DNA of 64,000 bases from Longimicrobiales bacterium. GTDB taxonomy: Bacteria; Gemmatimonadota; Gemmatimonadetes; Longimicrobiales; Gaopeijiaceae. The notes under the pieces were generated by a model. That model was not told where the DNA came from, did no database searches, and saw only the letters and a program-made list of their open reading frames with translations. The translations under genes and the position numbers were made by a program. Location of the stretch: NCBI GenBank assembly GCA_965202985.1, contig CBDBCF010000001.1, positions 2,368,001 to 2,432,000 on the forward strand, given 5' to 3'. Position 1 is the first letter of the stretch. Every line of letters begins with the position of its first letter. Below, in pieces: positions 37,158 to 49,093 of this stretch.

Positions 37158-38504
37158 ATGACGATCCCCGGAACCGCTTTGCCGCCCGCCGACGCCTCCC
37201 TCCTCAAGCGCGAGACGAGGGCGGGCGTGACCACCTTTGCCACCATGGCCTACATCGTGGTGGTGAACCCGCAGATCCTGGGTGCCGCAGGGATGCCGGC
37301 GGACGGTGTCATGATGGCCACGTGCCTGGCCGCGGCCTTGGGGTCGATCCTGATGGGCGTGCTGGCCAACTACCCCTTCGCGCTGGCGCCGGGGATGGGC
37401 TTGAACGCCTTCTTCGCATACACGCTGGTCTTGGGCTCCGGGCTGTCCTGGCAGGGGGCGCTAGCGGCCGTCTTCGTGTCGGGAACGGTGTTCGTGATCC
37501 TGACGCTGACCCGCGCAAGAGAGGCCGTCATCAACGGTATTCCGGCCAACCTGAAGCGGGCGGTCAGCGGCGGCGTGGGCCTGTTCATCGCGCTCATCGG
37601 CTTCAAGAACGCAGGTCTCGTGGTCTTCAACCAGGGCACGGGCACGCTTGGCCGGATCGCCACCAACTACTTCGAGGACCCGGCGCTGCAGGAGGCGCTT
37701 CCGTTCGGAGTCTCCTTCGAGGCCGTCGGGCTTGCGCTGTTCGGGCTGGTGATCACGGCGGGCATGGTGGCGCGCAAGGTGCCCGGCGCCCTCCTGTGGG
37801 GCATCCTGGCCGCCACTGCCGCCGGCATCCCTCTGGGCGTGGTCGCCCCGTCCGACTGGTCGCTCGTGGGCATGCCCAGCGGGCTGGGCCAGACGTTCCT
37901 GCAGATGGACTTCGCCGAGCTGTTCGCCTTCGGCTTGGTGGGGGCCGTCTTCACCTTCACGTTCGTGGACCTGTTCGACACGGCGGGCACGCTGGTCGGC
38001 GTGGCCAGCAAGGCCGACATGCTGGACAAGGACGGCAAGCTGCCCAGAGCCAAGCGCGCGCTTCTGGCCGACTCGGTGGCCACGATGGCGGGCTCCGTCA
38101 TGGGCACCAGCACGACCACCACCTACGTGGAGAGCGCCGCGGGCGTGGCGGAGGGGGGACGGACGGGCTGGACGGCCGTCACCGTCGGCGTGCTGTTTCT
38201 GCTGGCGATCTTCTTCGGTCCGCTGGTGCAGATGGTGCCTTCGGCGGCTACGGCCCCGGCCCTGATCCTGGTCGGCGTCTTCATGATGGGTCCGGTGTCG
38301 CGGATCGACTTCAAGGACCCGGTGGAGGCGATCCCGGCGTTCTTGGCCGTGGCCCTCATGCCGCTGACCTTCAGCATCGCCGAAGGCATCTCGGCGGGCA
38401 TCATCGCGTGCGTGCTGCTCCGACTGATCAGCGGCCGGACGAGCCAGATCAGCCCGACCCTGTGGGTGCTCTTCGTGCTGTTCGTGGCTCGCTACTTCAT
38501 GTAG
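37158..38504 (+). CDS. NCS2/AzgA family purine permease
   Basis: AGVTTFATMAYI, APGMGLNAFF, DLFDTAGT, YVESAAGV. Confidence 0.92.
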   Translation: MTIPGTALPPADASLLKRETRAGVTTFATMAYIVVVNPQILGAAGMPADGVMMATCLAAALGSILMGVLANYPFALAPGMGLNAFFAYTLVLGSGLSWQGALAAVFVSGTVFVILTLTRAREAVINGIPANLKRAVSGGVGLFIALIGFKNAGLVVFNQGTGTLGRIATNYFEDPALQEALPFGVSFEAVGLALFGLVITAGMVARKVPGALLWGILAATAAGIPLGVVAPSDWSLVGMPSGLGQTFLQMDFAELFAFGLVGAVFTFTFVDLFDTAGTLVGVASKADMLDKDGKLPRAKRALLADSVATMAGSVMGTSTTTTYVESAAGVAEGGRTGWTAVTVGVLFLLAIFFGPLVQMVPSAATAPALILVGVFMMGPVSRIDFKDPVEAIPAFLAVALMPLTFSIAEGISAGIIACVLLRLISGRTSQISPTLWVLFVLFVARYFM

Positions 38505-39761
38505 CCAGGCGGAGCGCCCCGCCCCAGCCTTCGGAGGCGCACCCGCTGAACCCCAAGGCTGTCCTCGCTGCTCGTCAGCACCAGGTCCCCGCGAGCATCC
38601 CACACGCGGTCGGTTCCCGGGTGCTCGACGACGAACAAGACGCGGTCGTGTTCGATGTCGCGGACTTGCCACTGCACGGTTTCCGCCCCCGGCAGCCGCA
38701 GGAGCCGCAGCCAAAGTCGTTCGTCGGCATCTACGAACACGGTATCGACTGCGGGCGCAAGCGATCTGGCCGGGGTTGTTGCGTACGCTTCCGAAATGTC
38801 CTGTTCGGTTGGCGGGTCCCAATCGCTTGGCACGTTTGGAACAATGGTGCCGGCGGTCGCCATTCCCCGAGCCAAGAGCTTGAAGAACGTACTTCTGCGT
38901 GCCATCCAATCTGCTCTGGCGGCCTCCACTTGGTCCGGTGACACGGGCACCCTGTCCGGCAAGGTCGAACGCCGGACCACGTCCCCGGTCTCGTCGAAGA
39001 CCATGATGGCGGACCCGGCCGTTTCCACGACCAGAAGTCCGTTGCCGTATGATGCCTGATGCGCACGATCTCCCAGCAGCACCGGACTGGAGAACGGTAT
39101 GTCCCTACCGGCAATTCGCCCGATGTAGATCTCGTCGCCTAGGACTGCCGCAAACGACTCCCCGACGCCATCCCGGACCCGCACGTAACGCGCCGAGTCC
39201 CGCCGCGCTCCGACGAGTTGCCGCGCTCCGGCGGACCGCCCCGCTGCGGAGGGCTGATCGTCGTCCCGAAACAACACCGCACCGTCGCGGAACACGGCCA
39301 CCGGCTTGGCCCTCATGTTGCTAAACAACCTCGGATCGTACCGGATCGACCCCAGCATTTCCCCGGACGATGAGTACGACGTCAGCCGCCGCGTGGTCGG
39401 ATCCCACACGGCCACGCCCTCCGGGGTTCGCAAGACGGCCTCGATGTGCCCGAACTCCCCCGGTCCAGTCCCGTCGCCGCCCCGGACCTCCACCTCGCCG
39501 GTTTCGTAATCCACGAAGTACAGATTGGTCTTGTCGCCGACCAGGAGCCTACCCCCCGGCAACGTCATGCTCCCCGTGAGCGTCCCGATCTCCAGCGGCT
39601 CGCCGAACGCTGGATCTTGCGAGTCGTAGATCACGGGAGCCGCTGGCCCCAAGGTTCGCACCGGCGCGTTCGTGCCCGACCCCGCTTCGGCATCGGACTG
39701 CGTCCCGCACGCAAGGATTCAGCATCAGTACCGCCGATCCCACCAACGCGCGCTGCTTCAT
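38492..39761 (-). pseudogene. Beta-propeller lipoprotein with a +1 frameshift in the signal peptide
   Basis: Main ORF 38492..39661 (GTGPGEF motif). Removing one A at about 39718 joins MKQRALVGSAVLML to ILAC-GTQSD..., restoring a lipobox. Confidence 0.65.
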
Positions 39762-40522
39762 CCGTCGGACTCCAGTCGCTTGATCCGATTGCGGACCTCG
39801 TATCCCATCGAGCGGATCAGCCGGGCCTCGTGGGCGTCCAGCGTGGTTCGGCCGAAGACGGTGCGCAAGACGCGCATGACGCTCTCTGGCTTCCGGGCCT
39901 TGAAGAAGCCGGCCCGCGCCAGCCCTTCTTCCAGCGCCCGGTACATCTCCTCGAGCTCGGCCGTCCGCGCCGGCCCCAGGGACCGCTTGCCGGCGGGAAG
40001 CTCGCCCGTCCCGCGGCCCGCGGCCAGCAGCAGTTCGTAGGCCACCAAGAGCACGGCCTGGGCCAGGTTCAGGGACGAGTACCCCGGCGCCGTCGGAACC
40101 ACCAGCACGTCGTGGCAGCGGTCCAGGTCCTCGTTGGAAAGCCCCCTGTCCTCGCGTCCGAAGAGCAGCGCCACCGTGCTCTCCGCGGCCCGCCGCAAGA
40201 TGATCGGCGCCAAGTCGCGGGGGCGGCGATAGTTGCGTCGCGCCGTCCGGGGCCGGGCCGACGTGCCCACGACGTAGGCCGCGTCCGCCAGGGCGTCCTC
40301 CAAGGAAGCCGCCTGCCGCGCGCCCTCGACGATGGCGTCGGTGCGGTGCGCGATCCCGGTGACTCGCCGGGCGTCGAACTCGGCCGGCTCCACCAGCACA
40401 AGGCGCTCCAAGCCCATGTTCGCCATGGCCCGCACGACGCCCGCGATGTTGACCAGGTCCTGGGGCTGGTGTAGCACGACGGACACGCGGCCCGCCGCAA
40501 TGGCATCCGGCGAGCCGCTCAC
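39758..40522 (-). CDS. SPOUT RNA methyltransferase, TrmJ/LasT family
   Basis: NIAGVVRAMANMG, FGREDRGLSN, SSLNLAQAV. Confidence 0.9.
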   Translation of the reverse strand: MSGSPDAIAAGRVSVVLHQPQDLVNIAGVVRAMANMGLERLVLVEPAEFDARRVTGIAHRTDAIVEGARQAASLEDALADAAYVVGTSARPRTARRNYRRPRDLAPIILRRAAESTVALLFGREDRGLSNEDLDRCHDVLVVPTAPGYSSLNLAQAVLLVAYELLLAAGRGTGELPAGKRSLGPARTAELEEMYRALEEGLARAGFFKARKPESVMRVLRTVFGRTTLDAHEARLIRSMGYEVRNRIKRLESDG

Positions 40523-41751
40523 GAGTCGCCCTCCTCCGCGTCCCCGTCGCGAGGCTGGGACGCCCGCGCCGACACCAGAGTTGCGGCCAGGATCAGTCCC
40601 GCCGCCGCCAAGTACGGCAGCGCCAGCCTTTGGTCGAACAGGACGCCGGCGCCGGCGGGTCCCAGCACCCGAGCCAGCGACCCCACGCTCTGACCGATCC
40701 CCAGCACCGCCCCCTGCCGCTCCGGATGCGCTGCCCGCGACAGCAGCCCCAGCACGCTGGGCACGGCGCAACCGTACCCGACGCCGACCAGCACCAGCCC
40801 GCCCATCAGGCCGGGCAGCGTCGGCGCCAAGCCCATCAACAGCAGACCGGCCCCGAACGGCCCCGCGCTGGCCAGCAGCAGGCGACGCTCGCCGGTACGG
40901 GGAACCACTCTGCGCACCAGCCCTCCCTGCACGATCACCGACACTAGGCCCAGCAGGGCGAACAGGACGCCGGCTTGGCGCGCGGCTCGGGGGCCGTCCA
41001 GCGCCAGACGCTCCGCGGCCAGGAGCGACAGGGTGGGCTGCAAGGTGGAGAACGCCATCGTGATGCACAGATAGGCCGCAAGCACGATCCGTATCTGGCG
41101 CGAGGAAGCGGCTTCGGCCAGCGCCGCCCCGAAGTTGAAGCGGGACGCGCGATCCGCGCCGGCGCCGCGTGGCCGAGACTCCGGCAGCCACAACAGGGCG
41201 GCCAGCGCGTTGGCCGCGCACAGCCCGGCCGCCACGTATCCCGGCGCGGTCGGCGAACCCGGCGACGCTCCGGCCAGGAACCCGCCCAGCGCCGGGCCGA
41301 TCACGAAACCCAGGCCGAAGGCGGCGCCGATGAGCCCCAAGTTGCCGGCCCGGCGCGAGGGCGTCGTCACGTCGGCGATGTACGCTTGGGCCACGGGAAT
41401 GGTCGAACCGCCGATCCCGCCCACGATCCGCGACAGGAAGAGCATCGCCAAGGAGTCCGCCCGCGCGAACGCCACGTAGGCCAGGCTGCTGCCCAGCAGC
41501 CCCAGCACCAGGACGGGCCGCCGCCCCACACGGTCCGACAGCCGCCCCCACAGTGGCGCCATCACCAGCTGGACCAGCGAGTACACGGCCACCAGGAGCC
41601 CCACGTGCAGCCCCTCGGCCCCGAACGACCGCGCGTAGATCGGGAGCAGCGGCAACACGATCCCGAACCCCACCAAGTCCACCAGGACCGCCACGAAGAG
41701 CAGTCCGAGGCGGCCTCGCGGAGCCGCCCCCCCGCCGGCTGCGCCCGTCAG
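40519..41751 (-). CDS. MFS transporter, TetA/DHA1-like
   Basis: DLVGFGIVLPLLP, GRLSDRVGRRP, AYIADVT, GFVIGPALGG. Start either CTG 41751 or GTG 41694. Confidence 0.88.
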   Translation of the reverse strand: MTGAAGGGAAPRGRLGLLFVAVLVDLVGFGIVLPLLPIYARSFGAEGLHVGLLVAVYSLVQLVMAPLWGRLSDRVGRRPVLVLGLLGSSLAYVAFARADSLAMLFLSRIVGGIGGSTIPVAQAYIADVTTPSRRAGNLGLIGAAFGLGFVIGPALGGFLAGASPGSPTAPGYVAAGLCAANALAALLWLPESRPRGAGADRASRFNFGAALAEAASSRQIRIVLAAYLCITMAFSTLQPTLSLLAAERLALDGPRAARQAGVLFALLGLVSVIVQGGLVRRVVPRTGERRLLLASAGPFGAGLLLMGLAPTLPGLMGGLVLVGVGYGCAVPSVLGLLSRAAHPERQGAVLGIGQSVGSLARVLGPAGAGVLFDQRLALPYLAAAGLILAATLVSARASQPRDGDAEEGDS

Positions 41752-41754
41752 GCG

Positions 41755-41934
41755 TCAGGCGTCCGGTTCGTCGCCGTCCGAGGAGTCGTCCCCGCGCCCG
41801 GCCTTGATCGAACCCTTGAAGTTGCGGATGCCCGAGCCCAGGCCCCGAGCGATCTCGGGGATCCGCTTGGCGCCGAAGATCAGGACGACGACGCCCAGCA
41901 CGAAGGCGATCTCGCCGACGCCTATGGTTGGCAT
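41755..41934 (-). CDS. tatA: Twin-arginine translocase TatA/E subunit (not in ORF track)
   Basis: Manual translation: MPTIGVGEIAFVLGVVVLIFGAKRIPEIARGLGSGIRNFKGSIKAG... Confidence 0.92.
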   Translation of the reverse strand: MPTIGVGEIAFVLGVVVLIFGAKRIPEIARGLGSGIRNFKGSIKAGRGDDSSDGDEPDA

Positions 41935-41979
41935 CGTCCGTCCGCCGGAAGGCGTCGCTTAGGCGCAGGAAGGCGTCGC

Positions 41980-43143
41980 CTATCCACGGAGCAGGTCCTT
42001 GGCGATCGTTTGAAGCTGCATGTTGTCGGTCCCTTCGTAGATGGTGCCGATCTTGGCGTCGCGGTAGTACTTCTCCACGGGATACTCGCGAGTGAAGCCG
42101 TATCCGCCGTGCAGGTCGATGCACAGGGACGAGACGTACTGGGCCATCCTGGACGCGTGGAGCTTCGCCATGGCGGCCTCTCGCAGAAAGCGGGCGCCCG
42201 CGTCCTTCAGCCGCGCCGCATTGTACACCATCAGCCGCGCCGCCTCGATCCGGGTGGCGATCTCGGCCAGCTGGAATTGGACGCCCTGGAACGACGCCAC
42301 CGGGTGGCCGAACTGCTCCCGCTCCTGCACGTAGCGCAGGGTGTGGTCGAAGGCGCCTTGGGCCAACCCGACCATCTGGGCGCCGATCCCGATCCGCCCC
42401 TCGTTCAGCGTCTCGATCGCCACCTTGTAGCCGCGGCCCGGCTCGCCCAGCACGTCGGCCGCGGGCACGCGCACGTCGTCCAGGATCAGCTCCGTCGTGG
42501 ACGACGCGCGGATCCCCAGCTTGTCCTCGCGCTTGCCCACCGAGAACCCCGGCGCGTCTCTCTCCACCACGAACGCGGTGATGCCCTTGTAGCCGCGCTC
42601 GGGCTCGACGTTTCCGAAGACGATGAACAGCCCCGCCTCGGCGCCGTTGGTGATCCACATCTTGCGGCCGTTCAGCACCCAGTCGTCTCCGTCGCGCACC
42701 GCCCGAAGGGCCAGGGCGAATGCATCCGAGCCGCTTCCCGCTTCCGACAGGGCGTAGGCGCCCACGGTGCCCGCCGCCAAACGCGGCAGCCAGCGGCTCT
42801 GCTGGTCCGGCGTCGCCCACCTGAGCAGGGCGTTGGCCACCAAGGTGTTCTGGACATCCACCAGCACCGCCACCGAAGGGTCCACCCGCGACAGTTCCTC
42901 CACCACCAGCGTCGCGGTGAAGAAGGAGCTCTCCGCGCCTCCGTAGCATTCGGGGATCTCGATCCCCATGACTCCCAGCTGGAACAGGTGCGAGATCAGC
43001 TCGGCCCCGATCTCGTGGGCCGCGTCCATCTGCGCCACTCGGGGCGCCACCTCGGACTCCGCGAACTCGCGCACCGCGTCGCGGAACATCGCCTCTTCTT
43101 CGGAAAGGGTCGTGAGCGCTACCGGACGGGCCAGCGTGGTCAT
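41980..43143 (-). CDS. Acyl-CoA dehydrogenase (short/branched-chain type)
   Basis: ALSEAGSGSD, GRKMWITNG, KLGIRASST, IYEGT; GGAGA RBS. Confidence 0.93.
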   Translation of the reverse strand: MTTLARPVALTTLSEEEAMFRDAVREFAESEVAPRVAQMDAAHEIGAELISHLFQLGVMGIEIPECYGGAESSFFTATLVVEELSRVDPSVAVLVDVQNTLVANALLRWATPDQQSRWLPRLAAGTVGAYALSEAGSGSDAFALALRAVRDGDDWVLNGRKMWITNGAEAGLFIVFGNVEPERGYKGITAFVVERDAPGFSVGKREDKLGIRASSTTELILDDVRVPAADVLGEPGRGYKVAIETLNEGRIGIGAQMVGLAQGAFDHTLRYVQEREQFGHPVASFQGVQFQLAEIATRIEAARLMVYNAARLKDAGARFLREAAMAKLHASRMAQYVSSLCIDLHGGYGFTREYPVEKYYRDAKIGTIYEGTDNMQLQTIAKDLLRG

Positions 43144-43390
43144 GCATTCTCCTTCGGGGCAGCCGTGGGACAGGGGAACGACCAATCTAACGCCCCGCAA
43201 CCCGCCGCCGCACGCCCGGACCGGCGCCCCCCTCGCGCTGGACACGGCGCCGCACGCGGACGGGTTGACGCACGCGCGCGTCGTACCTTTATATATTCCC
43301 GGCCCGCGACCGGACGTTCGCGACCGACCGGTCCGCCCCCGCCCGATCACCGAACCCCAGCCCAGACAAACCACTGCGGAGAACTGCCCC

Positions 43391-43780
43391 ATGTCCGACA
43401 TCCCCGACGGACTGCGGTACACCACGGAGCACGAGTACCTCAAAGAAACCGCCGAAGCCGGCGTCTACTTCGTCGGGATCACCGACTACGCCCAAGGCGA
43501 GCTGGGCGACGTGGTGTACGTGGAACTCCCCGAGCCCGGCGACAGCTTCGCGCACATGGAGACCTTCGGGACGATCGAAGCCGTCAAGGCGGTGAGCGAC
43601 CTGTACTCTCCGCTGGCCGGCGAAGTGGTGGCGGTCAACGCCGCGCTCGACGACGACCCGTCGCTGGTCAACAACGACCCCTACGGCGAAGGCTGGATGA
43701 TCAAGCTGCGGCTGGACGATCCCGGCGAAGTCGAGGAGCTCATGGACGGGGCGGCCTACGAGGTGCACGTCGGCGCCTAA
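43391..43780 (+). CDS. gcvH: Glycine cleavage system H protein
   Basis: [27 protein letters not shown] (lipoyl-Lys), DPYGEGW. Confidence 0.96.
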   Translation: MSDIPDGLRYTTEHEYLKETAEAGVYFVGITDYAQGELGDVVYVELPEPGDSFAHMETFGTIEAVKAVSDLYSPLAGEVVAVNAALDDDPSLVNNDPYGEGWMIKLRLDDPGEVEELMDGAAYEVHVGA

Positions 43781-43808
43781 GCGCATCTCTGCGCCTTCCC
43801 ATCCGAAC

Positions 43809-46715
<2,907 letters not shown>

Positions 46716-46720
46716 TCCCC

Positions 46721-47407
46721 TTGGCCAAACTGACCTTTCGCGGCCACGCCACCTTCACCGCGGAGACGAACGACGGGACCCGCCTGGTGGTGGACCCCTA
46801 CTTCGACGAAAACCCGGCCGCCGACGTGAAGCGCGCCGACGTGGGTCCCCTGGACTACGTGTTCTGCACGCACGGTCACACCGACCACTTTGCCGACGCG
46901 ATACCGCTTGCCTTGGAGACCGAGGCGACGTTGGTGTCCACTTACGAGATCGCCGCGTTCGCCGAGTACAAGGGCGTCGAGAAGGCGCATCCGATGCACG
47001 TCGGGGGCGGCTGGGACTTCCCGTTCGGTCGGGCCAAGATGACCGTGGCGGTGCACGGAGGGCAGGTCCACGGGGACGAGACCGGCCGCTACACCACCGT
47101 GCCCGGGGGCTTCCTGCTGAACCTGGACGGGACCCGCGTGTACCACGCCGGCGACACCGGGCTGACCCTGGACATGCAGCTGCTCAAGGGCGAAGTGGAC
47201 GTGGCGCTGCTGCCGATCGGCGACAACTTCACCATGGGGCCCGAAGACGCGGCGCGCGCCGTGGAGTTCGTCGAGCCCCGGCTGGTGGTGCCGATGCACT
47301 ACGGGACTTGGCCCCTGGTCGAGCAGGACCCGGAGCGGTTCCGGGACTTGGTGGGCGACCGGGCCGCCGTGAAGGTCATGGAACCGGGAGAGGACTTGGC
47401 CCTCTGA
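46721..47407 (+). CDS. UPF0173 metallo-beta-lactamase-fold hydrolase
   Basis: THGHTDH, YHAGDTG, PIGDNFTMG, PMHYGTW; TTG start with AAGGAG RBS. Confidence 0.9.
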   Translation: MAKLTFRGHATFTAETNDGTRLVVDPYFDENPAADVKRADVGPLDYVFCTHGHTDHFADAIPLALETEATLVSTYEIAAFAEYKGVEKAHPMHVGGGWDFPFGRAKMTVAVHGGQVHGDETGRYTTVPGGFLLNLDGTRVYHAGDTGLTLDMQLLKGEVDVALLPIGDNFTMGPEDAARAVEFVEPRLVVPMHYGTWPLVEQDPERFRDLVGDRAAVKVMEPGEDLAL

Positions 47408-48213
47408 CGCCTCCGCAGGGGGGCGCGCTCCGCTGGCGGATGCTGGTGGACGATCCCCGTACCGGCGCGGCCAACATGGCTCGCGACCATGCCCTTGCCG
47501 CCGCCTCCGCCAAGGGGACGGGCACGGTTCGCTTCTACCGATGGGCGCCGGCCACGCTGTCGTTCGGCCGCAACGAACCCGTGACCGTCGGCTACCGCAA
47601 GCTGCTGCGCGACCATCCGGAGATGGGCGTGGTGCGACGTCCCACCGGCGGGCGCGCCGTCATCCACGACCGCGAACTCACGTACGCCGTCGTGTTCCCG
47701 ACGCGCGCCATGGGGGGAATGCGGGAAGCGTACGGCCGGATCAACGCCGGCCTGGTGGACGGGTTGCGCCGATTGGGCGTGGACGCTCGAAGCGCTCCCG
47801 GCGACCCCGCTCCGGCCGGTCCCGGCGCCGGTCCGTGCTTTCTGGGGTCGGTGGCGGGCGAAGTCGCCGTGGGGCGACGCAAGCTCGTGGGCAGCGCCCA
47901 GACGCGCCTTGGGAGCGCCGTCCTCCAGCACGGGTCTCTCTTGTTGGAGGCCGACCAAGGCCCGCTCGTCCATGGACTTGGCGCGGCGGAGAACAACGGG
48001 CGTCCATCCAACGGCGTCGCTTCGCCGGTGACGTTGGCGGAGCTGCTGGACCCGGTTCCCTCGTGGGAGGCGCTGGTGCAGGCCCTGGGGCGGGGACTGG
48101 CCGGGGCGCTGGGCGGCGACTGGGAGGAAGGCGGGATGAGCGACCGGGAGGCCGCCCTGGCGGAAGGGCTGGAGGCTCGATACGGTTCCCACGAATGGAC
48201 GTGGCGAAGGTGA
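47404..48213 (+). CDS. Lipoate-protein ligase / LipM-like octanoyltransferase
   Basis: NMARD, RRPTGGRAV, KLVGSAQ, LQHGS. Start uncertain (CTG 47404 or ATG 47440). Confidence 0.85.
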   Translation: MTPPQGGALRWRMLVDDPRTGAANMARDHALAAASAKGTGTVRFYRWAPATLSFGRNEPVTVGYRKLLRDHPEMGVVRRPTGGRAVIHDRELTYAVVFPTRAMGGMREAYGRINAGLVDGLRRLGVDARSAPGDPAPAGPGAGPCFLGSVAGEVAVGRRKLVGSAQTRLGSAVLQHGSLLLEADQGPLVHGLGAAENNGRPSNGVASPVTLAELLDPVPSWEALVQALGRGLAGALGGDWEEGGMSDREAALAEGLEARYGSHEWTWRR

Positions 48214-48252
48214 CGCCGCGGCGGGTCGGGCGCGTCCCTCTTGCGGCCTATG

Positions 48253-48281
48253 TTGACTTTGCCCCCGCGGGCGTTCATCTT
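48253..48281 (+). promoter_or_regulatory. Putative sigma70 promoter (TTGACT-N17-CATCTT)
   Basis: ttgactttgcccccgcgggcgttcatctt about 105 bp upstream of the exbB-like gene. Confidence 0.45.
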
Positions 48282-48385
48282 GCCAAGTCTTGCACGTCGG
48301 CCTGCGATGGCCGAAAATCCACCGTCGCGCCGGAGGGCGCGGCCAACGCCAACCATCTGCACAGGACCGAAAGCGGGAGGTTCCT

Positions 48386-49093
48386 TTGACCAGCTTCACG
48401 ACAATCTACGGAGCGATCCTCCAACTGCCGGGCGTCGAAGCCCCGGACCTCACCTTCACCGAGCAGATCGCGCAGGCGTGGCAGGACGCCGGGATCATGC
48501 GCTGGCCTTTGGGCTTGTGTCTCCTGGTGGGGATCATCGTCATCATCTGGAAGTTCTTCGACCTCCTGAGCAAGAGCGGCTCGACGAGGAAGATCCTCCG
48601 GGAGGTGGACGAGCTTCTGAGCCAGCGCCGCACCAAGGAGGCGTTGGAGATCACCCGCGAGTCGAACTCGCCGGCGGCCAACATCCTCTACGCGGGGCTG
48701 GACCGGCAGGACGAGGGGACCGACCGCGTCACGAAGGCGATCGAGAACCAGGGCCTGATCGAGCTCAGCAAGCTGGAGAGCGGCTTGGTCGTGCTGGCCA
48801 CGCTGACCAACGTGGCCCCGCTGCTGGGCTTCCTGGGCACGGTCATGGGCATGATCGCCGCCTTCCAGGCGATCGAGCTGGCGGGCGAGGTGGACGCCCA
48901 GACGGTCGCGTCGGGGATCAAGATCGCCCTGACCACCACCGCCGCCGGCCTGGCGATCGCCATCCCGGTGAGCATCGCCCACAACTACTTCGTCTCGCGG
49001 ATCGACCACCTCGTGATCGACATGGAAGAGTCGGCGCAGAAGATGATCGACGCCCTCTTCGCCATGCAGGCTGGCAGGTCCGCCGGCGGTTGA
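48386..49093 (+). CDS. MotA/TolQ/ExbB proton channel protein
   Basis: APLLGFLGTVMGMI, GIKIALTTTAAGLAIAIP; TTG start after GGGAGG. Confidence 0.92.
   Translation: MTSFTTIYGAILQLPGVEAPDLTFTEQIAQAWQDAGIMRWPLGLCLLVGIIVIIWKFFDLLSKSGSTRKILREVDELLSQRRTKEALEITRESNSPAANILYAGLDRQDEGTDRVTKAIENQGLIELSKLESGLVVLATLTNVAPLLGFLGTVMGMIAAFQAIELAGEVDAQTVASGIKIALTTTAAGLAIAIPVSIAHNYFVSRIDHLVIDMEESAQKMIDALFAMQAGRSAGG

Noticed and set aside
39758..43147. 1129-aa ORF as one fusion protein
   Set aside because: Only the last ~254 aa (TrmJ-like) are protein-like; the rest is an off-frame overlay on the MFS, tatA and acyl-CoA dehydrogenase genes.
43144..43390. Glycine riboswitch upstream of gcvH
   Set aside because: I could not find the conserved aptamer motifs in the expected tandem arrangement; an Rfam search would be needed to exclude it fully.
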